Positions 1 to 9,780 are shown, counted from the first letter of the stretch. The stretch is DNA of 12,558 nt from Octopus sinensis (GCF_006345805.1 NW_021826540.1:1-12558), one strand, 5' to 3'. Numbers and translations are program-made. Notes: generated from the sequence alone by a model not told the origin.

Positions 1-52
1 GGTTACGAGTTACGGCGAAGACGACGACGATAGTGGTGGTGGTAGTGGTGGC

Positions 53-68
53 AGATAGAAAGACAGAC

Positions 69-100
<32 letters not shown>

Positions 101-132
101 TGATAGGTAGATAGATAGACAGACAGACAGAC

Positions 133-186
<54 letters not shown>

Positions 187-196
187 GCAGACAGAC

Positions 197-230
<34 letters not shown>

Positions 231-330
231 GTAGACAGAATGAGAGAGAGGGAGAGAGCGAGAGAGAGAGAGTGAGAGAGGGAAAAAGAGAGAGAGAGAG
301 AGAAAGAGAAAGAGAAAGATGAGATAGATT
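53..330. repeat. Compound (GATA)n/(GACA)n then (GA)n-rich microsatellite
   Basis: Directly visible tetranucleotide tract at about 53-239, then a GA-rich tract to about 330. It explains the LSIY-repeat ORFs 3..338 and 10..345. Confidence 0.97.
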
Positions 331-387
331 TCTGTCACTCACCAATCACTGACATATGAATGAGACACAATATATCCAGAGGCATTC

Positions 388-655
388 AGAGAGGGAGAGA
401 GAGACAGAGACAGAGAGAGAGAGAGACAGACAGAGAGAGAGAGAGAGGAAGAGCGAAAGAAAGAGAGAGTGAGAGAGTGAGGAAAAAGAGAGAGAGAGAG
501 ACGGAGCCAAAGACAGTGTCAGCTAAACACCAGACGCCCATATGTATGACAGCACCACGCATACACACACACACACATGCAAGCACGCACGCTTACACAT
601 ACACAAACACACATACATATACCCACCCATATAGTCAGACATAGTCACACACACC
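388..655. repeat. Degenerate (GA)n tract followed by (CA)n-rich tract
   Basis: GA-rich at about 388-501 and CA-rich at about 559-655. Confidence 0.9.
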
Positions 656-839
656 CGCCTAGACAGCCAGACATACCTGTATTTGAAGGAGTTAGAAAAC
701 GTTGTGACGAATGTCAACTGGCTTTACCTGTTGTATAACCCGACATAATGGAGCGCCAGTGGTGTGGTGGTGCGTAAGCATTGTGATTGTATGGGCAGTA
801 GTTGTGGTGACGATTGTGGAGGGTGGGAAGTAGTACAAG

Positions 840-905
840 TAACAGTAGTTGAACCAGCAGAAGTGGTGGTGATGATAGTTGTAGTGGTGGAAGAAATGTA
901 GTAGC

Positions 906-938
<33 letters not shown>

Positions 939-965
939 TGCTGTTGTTGTTGCTGTTATTGTTGT
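840..965. repeat. Trinucleotide microsatellite (TAG)n with (GTT)/(GTG) flanks
   Basis: Pure (TAG)n core at about 906-937 with degenerate triplets on both sides. Confidence 0.92.
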
Positions 966-1026
966 AACGCCCGGGCGCCAACCACGCATTCGTCTGCCCA
1001 ACTGACCCCAAGACACTTCCGCCCAG

Positions 1027-1095
1027 CACTTGTGACTCTTTATTGCACGGACCCTCCGAAGCTATTGGCGGGGAGGAGGGCAAGAGAGGGCAAAG
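1027..1095 (+). CDS. Candidate internal coding exon (69 nt, phase 1 to phase 1): xLVTLYCTDPPKLLAGRRAREGK(G)
   Basis: Branch-like CTGAC at 1002-1006, acceptor cacttccgccCAG ending at 1026, strong donor AAG|GTGAGC at 1095/1096. The frame is open, the segment is GC-rich and unique, and the end phase matches exon 4860. Confidence 0.55.
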
Positions 1096-1397
1096 GTGAG
1101 CAGAACTGATCGTTTGGCATCAGAGTGCAGCCCATCAAAAGACACCCATGAAAGCCTAATGGCCGTGTTGAACCAGGCGCAACGTTTCAAGTCTCCAAAC
1201 CCAAGAATATAAAATGCAAAGCGACGCAAGGAACAGCACGAGGCATCTTGAGCCGAACCTTTAACAATTCCGACATTCTGCCAAACTTAAAATATATTTA
1301 GTAAAAACATTTCAACCAAGAAATAATATAGTTTTTAGAATTTAATTACACCGATAGGCACATCCCAGCCTCGGGGCCGCAGCCGGACTGGATCCTT

Positions 1398-1480
1398 GCT
1401 CTCTATCTGTCTGTTTGGCTCTTTTCTCTCTCTCTCTCTGTTCCTCCCCCTCTCTCTCTGTTCCCCCTCTCTCTCTGATT
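1398..1480. repeat. (CT)n-rich pyrimidine tract
   Basis: Visible CT and CCCCCT repeats. Confidence 0.85.
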
Positions 1481-1601
1481 CTTTCTATAGCTGTCACAGT
1501 GGCCTCTGCTCATCAGAGGTAGCTGGTCATGTACATCACCTGACCTCAGGTCCTTACCACCGTCTTACTCGTCTCTTCACTTCTTATCACCTGTGTTGCG
1601 T

Positions 1602-1602
1602 T

Positions 1603-1636
<34 letters not shown>

Positions 1637-1671
1637 TACATCTCTCTGTATATATATGTACATATATATAT
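1602..1671. repeat. (TA)n/(CA)n compound microsatellite
   Basis: Directly visible. Confidence 0.92.
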
Positions 1672-1952
1672 AAAGTTAATCCAAACAAGAAAACAAAAAA
1701 GACAACAACACAAAGAGGTGGAACAATTAAAGTATTATTAGGCGCCCAGGAAAAAATGGAAGAAGGAGGGTATGACGTTTCGAGCGGAGCTCTTCGTCGG
1801 AAACATAAGAGAAAGAAAGATCCCGAGGTGGGAGGACAGAGGGGAAAAAACGCGAGTGGTCTTCACGAGGTAAACATACTGAAAAGCAGGAAGTCGTAGA
1901 CGAGAGGGGACAGGTTTTCAAAGACAGGAGAGCGGAAAAAGAAGGAAGGTAA
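1672..1952 (-). mobile_element. (TA)n-flanked interspersed repeat, possibly a Penelope-like element terminal-repeat relic with a minimal hammerhead-like motif
   Basis: Bounded by TA microsatellites on both sides. The - strand reads CCGACGA-AGAGCTCCGCTC-GAAAC-GTC (plus 1774-1800), resembling minimal hammerheads of Penelope-like elements. Repeat status is from recollection of octopus repeats and is unverified. Confidence 0.45.
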
Positions 1953-1990
1953 ATACATATATATATGTACACCCCACATATATATATATA

Positions 1991-2462
1991 ATTCAAGGCG
2001 AATTAGGGGTTGTGAATCAACCCAACTAAGGGATAGTATCTATCCAATATACTGCTGGTAATATACCCAATTATTACTACACAACTGTTGAGTATTGCGT
2101 GGCAATCACACTATTGAGCGTAGTAAATGAGCGAGGGTAAAAAGTGGTTTACCCTTAATTTATACGGCAAGAAGAAAATGGAGGGGATCCAGAGGTAGTA
2201 TGCATCAACTGTTAGACATTACATCATGTCTGTATATTGATTTTAAACAATTACGAGAATATATATATACATATGTAAAGATTGTGTTTTGCATACGTAA
2301 GTACCGTTAGCTTCTAGAATAGAGAAAGAAGAGCAGTTTCTTACAGCTGTTTCAGCCAAGAGGTCACGGTACCCCACATGTTATTTACATCTTTTCTGTG
2401 TACTGTAGTGATCGGTAGATAAAATTAGGGTACTTTGGTGTGCCTCTACGCTTCATCAGGGT
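1991..2462. mobile_element. (TA)n-flanked non-coding interspersed repeat of unknown class
   Basis: Sharp boundaries at TA tracts, several short hairpins, and a terminal CTTCATCAG (CTGATGAAG on - strand). No TIRs or ORF seen. Confidence 0.35.
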
Positions 2463-2618
<156 letters not shown>

Positions 2619-2683
2619 GTATTTTATAATTACGAGTATAATTATAATTAGGGTTCAGCAATTTTACCTTTATTATTATTGAT

Positions 2684-2693
2684 TATATATATA

Positions 2694-2742
<49 letters not shown>

Positions 2743-2893
2743 ACACCCCCACATATATATATCCATATACATATATGTATATAAATATATATATATATAC
2801 ACACACACACAACACATTATAATATATATATGTGTGTGTATGTATGTATGTATGTATGTATGTATGTATGTATGTATGTATATGTACATATAT
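2684..2893. repeat. (TA)n/(CA)n/(TATG)n compound microsatellite
   Basis: Directly visible. Confidence 0.95.
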
Positions 2894-3115
2894 TGAGAGA
2901 GGAGACTGAAACGTGCGACAGGTAAACACAGACGGGACGCGTCCTTGGTTTACACATTGCACTCCAATCTTCAGAGTGGTGCGACGCGGGGGATCGACCT
3001 CGCAATAGGCTAGCGTGCGAATTACGAGAAACAATAAGACATAGAAAAATAAGAGAAAAAAAATGACACGCAGAAAACAGGTGTGGTGTGAAGCACTGAA
3101 TACATTACCTGTTTT

Positions 3116-3212
3116 CTGTGTATGTATGTATGTAATCATGTATGTATGTATATGTGTGTATGTATGTATGTGTGTTTGTGTATGAATAGCTGCCTTATTT
3201 AATTATTTATAT

Positions 3213-3247
<35 letters not shown>

Positions 3248-3258
3248 ATATATATATA
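3116..3258. repeat. (TATG)n and (TA)n microsatellites
   Basis: Directly visible. Confidence 0.88.
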
Positions 3259-3744
3259 GACAAATGAGGAAATGTATACTGAATGTAAAATAAACTGGAG
3301 ACAAACAGAAGGTCCATAATTCTTCATCAGTTATCGACCAACGATACTTTTTCAGTTTCGCATCTTTAACGATAAGTTGAACGCTTCCCAATTGGCGGTG
3401 CCCGCAAGAAAGAGTTTTTTTGCGTAGAAATAGAGACAAGAGCAACCAAAACGAAAAAAAAAACAAGCAAAATGACACAGAGTGTGATTTAGGGCGGTGG
3501 ACGAGGACAAACAGTCGAACAAAATACGGCCTTGGGGGCCAATAAGACGAGAATAGTGGGTAACGCTTATGAAATGTTTTGAGCGATGTAGAACGGAGAG
3601 AGAGAATTTGCGACAGGTCAGGTTAGGGACCAATCTAAGAAAGGAAGAAAAGGAGGAACTGGCCGCTGGTCACGTGACAGTAGCAGGCAGAAGAGAAGGA
3701 CAGCAAGGAATATATATGTGCATATATGTATGTGTGTATATATT

Positions 3745-4097
3745 AGGGTAAACGGTAGAGACTCCTTTTCGTCATGAATGACCATGGGATTGTATCTAAA
3801 AAGTTCACCTCCGAGGCACAAGTCTAGGCAATGATGCTTTTTATGGAAGGCCAGCAGTTGCCCATTGATACCAGCCTCCCCTCTCTACACCACCGATGTT
3901 GCCCATGGGAAGGGCAAAGGTCGATACAGCTTGGCACCAGTGACGTCAAAACTCACCTCTACAGCTGAGGGAACTGGAGTAACGAGGAATAAAGTGTCTT
4001 GTTCAAGAACACAACACACAACCCGGGCCGCGAATTGATCTCAATACCTCTTGATTATGAGCCCGATGTTCTAACCACTGTGCCGTGCGCCTTCACA
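3745..4097 (-). mobile_element. tRNA-derived CORE-type SINE, full length, tail type 1
   Basis: The - strand has an A-box-like CGGCACAGTGG and B-box-like GATCAATTC, then GTGTTCTTGAACAAGACACTTTATTCCTCGTTACTCCAGTTCCCTCAGCTGTAGA resembling the CORE domain (MIR-like CCTTGGGCAAGTCACTT...CTCATCTGTAAAATG). The tail ends GGAGTCTCTACCGTTTACCCT, and the same tail recurs at 10230-10282. Confidence 0.85.
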
Positions 4098-4120
4098 CAC
4101 ACACACACACACACATATAT

Positions 4121-4356
4121 TCACGTGATCGATATACATTGCTGGTTACAATGTGCTTTCGAATGATGACACCTCGCTGATTAGGCGAGGACAACATTTC
4201 TCTTGCCGTCGTAGGGGTCAGCCAGACAGGAGCAACGTGAAATGAAGTGTTTGGCTAAAGAACCCAACGAACCGCCTGGTCCTGGGCCGGGAATTGACCC
4301 AACGATGTAGCGATCGTGAGTGCAACGCATTAAGCACCTGGCCACGCGCCTTCACA
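4121..4356 (-). mobile_element. tRNA-derived CORE-type SINE, tail type 2, internally deleted
   Basis: The - strand reads GTGAAGGCGCGTGGCCAGGTGC...CTCACGATC...GGGTCAATTCCC, then a CORE-like segment, then a tail ending TCGATCACGTG, homologous to 6399-6714. Confidence 0.85.
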
Positions 4357-4859
4357 CATACACACACACATAGCTGAAGCTAACACAGAACTTTTGAATT
4401 TGAGGAATATTCAGCAACTTTGGCAGTCACAGCAAATTACGTGGATCTTGTTCTTCTGGGAATGATGTTCGTCTCGCCCCTATATACAATACATCGTGTT
4501 TTTAACACGCGTCCATGAAGAGGTTTTGTTTCAGTCAAAATCTACCGCATCATACCTTGCATATACGTTAAGTATGATACGCAGAAAGCTATTTTATTTT
4601 AATGCTGTTTGAATTGCGGACACCGAGTTTTATTCAGCGTGGCCGCTTTATGCAACATCAGTGAATATATTATTCACTCTTCCCTATGTGTCAAGGGAGA
4701 CATGTTTCGTAGCGACTACACGTTATTAATAAGGCTCAAGGAAGTCGACAAACGTCTGATGTTCTCGTGGCCTACTGTTGGCATGATTTTTGCCTCGCTC
4801 TGTTGTTTATTGTGTTTGTAACACGACATGTCTACGAAAAGATTTCCTTTTTTTCCCAG

Positions 4860-4920
4860 GCAAAGACCACAGCATATATGTTGATGCACTGTCGGCCATT
4901 CTGATTTCATACTGTTACAA
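4860..4920 (+). CDS. Internal coding exon (61 nt, phase 1 to phase 2): (G)KDHSIYVDALSAILISYCY(K)
   Basis: Strong acceptor gatttcctttttttccCAG ending at 4859, branch-like TGTAAC about 38 nt upstream, donor AA|GTGGGT. Only this one of the three frames is open, and its phase matches the next exon. Confidence 0.75.
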
Positions 4921-5090
4921 GTGGGTGTACCGAGAATGAACTGGTTGTTTATAAACGTCTTCATTTAAAAACAGACACGGAGTCTGTTAACATAGCAACT
5001 TGAGTGACATATTAAGAAACCTTACAATGTTATATCATTACTAAAAATAGACAAGCATTTACATCAAGTTGCATTATTAACTAGACGGAA

Positions 5091-5316
5091 GGCAGCGAGG
5101 TGGCAGAATCATTACAACGCTGGGGAAAAGGCTTAGCAGCATTTTGTCGGTCTTTACGTTCTGAGTTCAAATTCCGCCGACGTCGACTTTGCCTTTCATC
5201 CTTTCAGGATCGATAAGTTAAGTACCAGTGAAACACTGGGTTCGATGTAATCGACTAGTCACCCCCCCCCCCAAAAAAAATTTCAGGCCTTGTGCCTATT
5301 GTAGAAAGGTTTATTA
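5091..5316 (+). mobile_element. tRNA-derived SINE with GCCTTTCATCCTTTC...GTCGATAA...AGTACCAG central domain, tail b
   Basis: A-box TGGCAGAATCATTA and B-box GAGTTCAAATTCC (5163-5175). Homologous to the three copies at 8400-9050. The tail CCCC..AAATTTCAGGCCTTGTGCCT is shared with the 8636 copy. Confidence 0.9.
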
Positions 5317-5342
5317 AATAAACGGATATTAGTTTTCCTTGA

Positions 5343-5762
5343 GCGCAGGCGTGGCTGTGTGGTAAGAAGTTTGCTTCCCAACGACGTAGTTTGGGTTCAG
5401 ACCCACTGTGTGGTACCTTGGGCAAGGGTCTTCTATAGTTTCGGGCCGACCAAAGCCTTGTGAACGGATTTGGTCGAAAGAAGCCCGTCGTGTTTGTGTA
5501 CACACACGCACACGCGCGCGCACGCACATACACACACTCACACACACAAACAAATGTACATGTATGTGTGGGTGTTCTCCACTACCGCTTGAAAACCGGT
5601 GTTGGGATGTGTCCCCGAAACTTAGCAGGTCGGCAAACTCGACCGATAGAATAAATACCAGGCTTTAAAAAAAGTATTGGGGTCGATAAGTTTCGACTAA
5701 ATTTCTTCAAGGCGGTGCCCCAGCATGGCCACAGTCTCATGACAAAAACAAGTAAAAGAATA
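5343..5762 (+). mobile_element. Bipartite tRNA-derived SINE with internal microsatellite, full length
   Basis: A-box TGGCTGTGTGGT and B-box GGGTTCAGACCC, then CCTTGGGCAAG, a CA-rich linker at about 5491-5572, and a 3' module ending CCAGCATGGCCACAG...ACAAGTAAAAGAATAA. Degenerate TSD-like flanks ATTAGTTTTCCT (5328) and ATTAGCTTTTCT (5763). Confidence 0.9.
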
Positions 5763-5973
5763 ATTAGCTTTTCTGATCAGAGTTTAATTTTAGGCTGTAA
5801 TATTTTGTGTCTTGAGAGGAATGATAACAAGAAGCAGAACGTTGGTCTTGGGGATGTCTCAAAATTCCGGAATTAGTCAGTTGGGCGTGGCTGTTTGGAT
5901 GCTGGCGATATGGCATGGCTCACTGGACACTGAATCTGTTTTGGTGAAAGTACTTTGTGCCGCGGGAGGCAAA

Positions 5974-6085
5974 CTCACACACACACACACGAAACCTCCT
6001 CCACACACACAGATGCAGACACACAAACATACTCATGCGAAAGAATATACACATACAAATAGAAAAAGAGAGAAAGGTGGGAGAA

Positions 6086-6130
<45 letters not shown>
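5974..6130. repeat. (CA)n-rich then (GA)n microsatellite
   Basis: Directly visible. Confidence 0.9.
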
Positions 6131-6133
<3 letters not shown>

Positions 6134-6398
6134 CAATTTATTTATTGAACACAATTGACATAAACCCTTTCCTTATCCTCACGCGCACAAACACGTGGAC
6201 AGGTAGGGTCAGAACGAGAGAAACATTAAAACGTATAATATCAGATAAGTCAGCGCCAAACTGACAACGACAAACCGGCAGCGCCACAACGACTGTGCCA
6301 AAATGTCTCAAACCTTCTATACTCCGTGTACTATTCAAACTAGCAAGGAGAAAGAATAGACAAAATAGACCACTAATTAACAACACTATATGTAGATG

Positions 6399-6714
6399 TG
6401 TGAAAGCTCGTGGTCTAGTGGTTAGGGTGTTGCACTCACGATCGTTAGATAGTCGGTTCGATTCCCGGGTCGGGCCGGGCTGGGCCGCGTGTTGTGTTCT
6501 TGAGCAAAACACTTAATTTCACGTTACCCCAGTCCACTCAGATGTAAATGGGCCATCCTACGACAGACTATCCTTCCGATCGGGGGTAGGAATGTTGGTC
6601 TGCTCGCCTAGTCAACCGGGTGGCATTAATCGAACGATAAAGCAATGCAAAGCGCATTGTGACCAGCGTTGTATAACAACAGCTAATAGTCTGGTCGATC
6701 ACGTGGTCCCGTGG
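6399..6714 (+). mobile_element. tRNA-derived CORE-type SINE, tail type 2, full length with 10-bp target-site duplication
   Basis: A-box TGGTCTAGTGG, CTCACGATC loop, B-box GGTTCGATTCC, CORE-like CTTGAGCAAAACACTTAATTTCAC...CTCAGATGTAAATGGG. Perfect TSD TATGTAGATG at 6389-6398 and 6715-6724. Confidence 0.92.
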
Positions 6715-7354
6715 TATGTAGATGCAGGCGTAAATTTTTTTCAAGGTGAGCAATGAAGTTACTAAAAGTTTGCGCAGAGGAACACTTCGAGGAAGAAACC
6801 ACGGCTAAAATTTCAGCTAAAATATTAACGAAATATCGCATGTCAGAAATACAACCTAAAGATTTACCACAATAATCTTGTACCAAGGTTTTCCATCGTC
6901 TTGTAAGCCTATGGTGGTACTTTAAAGTAAGACAGTAGAAAAAGAAGGAATACAGCTAACATATTTTGTTTATAACTAATGAAGGAAAAAGTGAGAAAAC
7001 ACGACAGCTACAGGACACTAAAATGGCTTCACTGTTGGGTTTTATGATAAAATGAGAAGCCAACACACCAGGCAGTAAAATATGTGATCGCAATTAATAA
7101 TAACGGTGAATCAATGACACCAGAATGAGTTAGAGAAGACTAGAACAGTAACTTGGCAAAGATGGCAGCAGGAAGGGTGGTGTTAGAGATGGTGTTGGCG
7201 TTAAATGACGCATTTTAATGAAGGTAATGTTTTATACTGGTTGGACAATTGGAAAAGAAAAGAAAAAGACTGGTTTTATTGCAGTTGGTCTTTATGGGAA
7301 ACGATGGAACGTAGAAAGACGGAAGGGAAACATATCTATATGGTATCAAGCATT

Positions 7355-7741
7355 GGCGTATTCTTAAGAAATTCGCTTTGCAACGATAGGGTGACACCTT
7401 GCGTTGTATCTTCTATTACAACTCTCAGCCGACCAAAGCCTTGAGTAAATCTCTGAGACGGAAACTACGTGGAAGCCCACCGTATGTGTATGAATGTATC
7501 TGCGCGTGTGTGTGTGTGTGAGTCGTATCTGTGTTAGTCACCCACCACTGCTTGACGATTTGGTGTTCGTGTATTTATGCTCTCGTAACTTAGCGGACCG
7601 ACAAAAGAGAACCGATAGAATAAGTACCAGGCTATGAAACAAATAGGTACTGGGACCGATTTATTTGACTAAAAATTCCTCAAGGTGGTGCCGCCCCAGC
7701 ATGGCCGCAGACTAATGACTGAAACAAGTAAACGGAAGAAG

Positions 7742-7742
<1 letters not shown>
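7355..7742 (+). mobile_element. Bipartite SINE with internal microsatellite, degraded 5' head
   Basis: Contains GCCGACCAAAGCCTTG, GACGGAAAC, a TG-rich linker, and a 3' module GATAGAATAAGTACCAGGC...CCCCAGCATGGCCGCAG...TGACTGAAACAAGTAAA, all matching 5343-5762. Confidence 0.85.
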
Positions 7743-7773
<31 letters not shown>

Positions 7774-7820
7774 TATATAATATACACATACAAGTATTTA
7801 TATTTATGTATGTGTGTGCG
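7743..7820. repeat. (TA)n-rich microsatellite
   Basis: Directly visible. Confidence 0.85.
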
Positions 7821-7837
7821 AGCGCGTGTTTGTTTCT

Positions 7838-8008
7838 ATGTCGCTTGACTACCGGTGTTGGCTTGTTTACGTCCTCATAATATGAGCGGTTCGGCAGAAA
7901 GGGTCCGATAGACTTACAATAAATGCTCCGTGACGGGTTGATTTGTTCGACTAACCCTACAACGCTTTCCTCCAGCATGGCCGCGATCTGTTGATTGAAA
8001 CGAACAAC
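7838..8008 (+). mobile_element. Isolated 3' module of the bipartite SINE
   Basis: TCGCTTGACTACCGGTGTTGG...GCGGTTCGGCA...CCAGCATGGCCGC matches the 3' modules at about 5580-5760 and 7545-7742, with no tRNA head. Confidence 0.8.
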
Positions 8009-8339
8009 ACAGTTGCAAAGCGAAGAAGCAACTTTTAGTCCCAAAGAAATCTCCCATGCACGGTTCGCATCAGCCGATTTCAGGTTAACCAGACTAATAG
8101 AGAACCCACGAGCGACAAATTAGTGAGGAACGCCACGGAAGGAAATTCATCAAGACAAACCAAAAAAGCGTGATTTCTGCTAAAGTAAAAAACCACGAAC
8201 AGGGTATGTACGGGGTGATTGTGATTTAAAAATTAAATTCTGCTAATCTTGTATATGACTTCTGGGAGCTGATGCAATACGCGGCCTTGGCTAGGCGCGA
8301 TTCAACCATGGAGTTTATAGAAACATGTGATATTGGTTA

Positions 8340-8378
8340 TTGCTGTTTGTTGCTGTTGTTGTTGTTGTTGTTGTTGCT
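8340..8378. repeat. (GTT)n microsatellite
   Basis: Directly visible. Confidence 0.85.
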
Positions 8379-8399
8379 GGTTTTTAATATATCCTTGAA

Positions 8400-8637
8400 G
8401 GCGGCGAGCTGACAGAAGTGTTAGCACGCCGGGCGAAATGCGTAGCCGTATTTTGTCTGCCGTTACGTTCTGAGTTCAAATTCCGCCGAGGTCGACTTTG
8501 CCTTTCATCTTTCGGGGTCGGATTAAGTAAATTACAGTACCAGTTACGCACTGGGGCGATGTAATCGACTTAATCCCTTTGTCTGTCCTTGTTTGTCCCC
8601 TCTATGTTAAGCCCCTTGTGGGCAATAAAGAAATAAG
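8400..8637 (+). mobile_element. tRNA-derived SINE (5091 family), tail a
   Basis: GGCGGCGAGCTGACAGAAGTGTTAGC head, B-box GAGTTCAAATTCC, central domain, and tail TAATCCCTTTGTCTGTCC...GGGCAATAAAGAAATAAG. Confidence 0.92.
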
Positions 8638-8831
8638 AATTGTTAGCATGCCGGGTGAAATACTTAGCGGCATTTCGCTTGTCTCTACGTTCTGAGTTCA
8701 AATTCCGTTGGGGTCGACTTTGCTTTTCATCCTTTTGGGGTCGATAAACTAAGTACCAGTCAAATACTGGGGTCAGTGTGATCGACTTTCCCATTCCACC
8801 AAACTTCGGGCCTTGTATCTTTAGTAGAAAA

Positions 8832-8832
<1 letters not shown>
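8636..8832 (+). mobile_element. tRNA-derived SINE (5091 family), 5'-clipped, tail b, fused head-to-tail to the previous copy
   Basis: Starts at AGAATTGTTAGC in the middle of the A-box, B-box intact, tail CCATTCCACCAAACTTCGGGCCTTGTATCTTTAGTAGAAA. Confidence 0.9.
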
Positions 8833-8872
<40 letters not shown>

Positions 8873-8921
8873 TACTACTACTACTACTACTACTACTACT
8901 ATTATTATTATTATTATTATT
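8833..8921. repeat. (CTA)n then (TTA)n microsatellite
   Basis: Directly visible. It lies at the 3' end of the SINE and probably derives from the SINE tail. Confidence 0.96.
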
Positions 8922-9050
8922 GGTGAGCTGGCAGAATCGTTAGCACGCCGAGCGAAATGCTTACCGGCATTTCGTTTCTCTCTACGTTCTGAGTTCAAAT
9001 TCCGCATAGGCCGGCTTTGCCTTTTATCGTTTCGGGTTCGATACAATAAG
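8922..9050 (+). mobile_element. tRNA-derived SINE (5091 family), 3'-truncated
   Basis: GGTGAGCTGGCAGAATCGTTAGC head, GAGTTCAAATTCC, and a degenerate central domain ending near 9050. Confidence 0.88.
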
Positions 9051-9377
9051 TTCGAAACAATAATTTTTTTTAGGAAATTCGGACATCGTTCTTACTGCTA
9101 AGCATTCAACTTCAAATTACATTTGTTAATTGTTGGAAGTCAAATAGACTCTGATGTACATATAGTGTTATCGTTTTGAGTGGAGGTTCAATACGAAGTT
9201 TTGAACTCATTATCTTGTGGTTAGTAATCCATTACTTTAAATTTGAAGCCATTAAGTCTTCAAACATTTTTACTGGGTTTAGTCTTTCGACTGTCGCCAC
9301 GATGAAGTATCACCTTCAAAAAGTTAATTGATCATACTGACCTCAGCACATATTTCAATCTGGCATTTATTTTATAG

Positions 9378-9441
9378 ATCTCTGCTTGATGAACTGCTAA
9401 CTTTGAGACAGTGGGACACAATACACGAGTTAACAATAAAT
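9378..9441 (+). CDS. Internal coding exon (64 nt, phase 2 to phase 0): (K)SLLDELLTLRQWDTIHELTIN
   Basis: Branch site TACTGAC at 9335-9341, acceptor atttattttaTAG ending at 9377, strong donor AT|GTAAGC. The phase completes the AA|A Lys codon from exon 4860-4920, and the peptide looks like an amphipathic helix. Confidence 0.8.
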
Positions 9442-9494
9442 GTAAGCACACACTCATACACACGCGCGCGCGAGGGCGCACACACATATTAGGT

Positions 9495-9645
9495 GTAAGA
9501 ATGAGTGTGTGGGTAGGAAGTTTGCTTTCCAACCACATGGTTCTACGTTCAGTCCGTCTGCATGGTACGTTGGGCAAGTGTTTTCTACTATAGCCCTCGG
9601 CTAACCACAGACTTGTGGCTGAATTTGATAGACGGAAAATGACCG
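9495..9645 (+). mobile_element. 5' half (tRNA head and middle) of the bipartite SINE
   Basis: GGTAGGAAGTTTGCTTTCCAACCACATGG...GTTCAGTCC...TTGGGCAAGTGTTTTCTACTATAGCC...GATAGACGGAAA, with no 3' module following. Confidence 0.82.
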
Positions 9646-9747
9646 GAAGACATGTTTATAAAGAGGAGCTGTTTGCTTCATATTCCTCGTCTGCCGATTC
9701 TGCACATAACATAGGAACAAATAATACAATGTAGCTGTAGGTCATAA

Positions 9748-9778
9748 CACCCGGGCAACGCCGGGGTGCATTGCCATT
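9748..9778 (+). mobile_element. Helitron-like 3' terminal hairpin relic
   Basis: CCCGGGCAACGCCGGG GC-rich hairpin of the type seen at invertebrate Helitron 3' ends. The expected downstream CTAG is not intact (GCCATT instead). Confidence 0.4.
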
Positions 9779-9780
9779 AT

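Noticed and set aside
1491-1518. Exon after the CT tract (ttctttctaTAG, donor AG|GTAGCT)
   Set aside because: Weak donor and a phase incompatible with exon 4860. The pyrimidine tract is a microsatellite.
3321-3380. Type II hammerhead on - strand (GCGAAAC...GTA...CGATAACTGATGA)
   Set aside because: Stem II cannot close after CTGATGA and stem I has a 3-nt offset, so it is not a complete ribozyme.
4495-4700. Small palindromes upstream of exon 4860 (CGTGTT/AACACG, AGTGAATA-tat-TATTCACT)
   Set aside because: Short AT-rich stems are common by chance, and there is no supporting context.
5794-5960. Acceptor-like ttttAG at 5793 and ORF 5812..6264
   Set aside because: In the phase required after exon 4860-4920 it hits TAA immediately, there is no good donor, and the ORF extends only through repeats.
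4030-6480. tRNA genes suggested by A/B boxes
   Set aside because: No complete cloverleaf. Each head continues into SINE body and tail sequence shared with other copies.
6753-6875. 40-codon ORF MKLLKVCAEEHFEEETTAKISAKILTKYRMSEIQPKDLPQ and nearby AAG|GTGAGC donor-like site at 6745
   Set aside because: No compatible splice sites link it to the exon chain, and this length is expected by chance.
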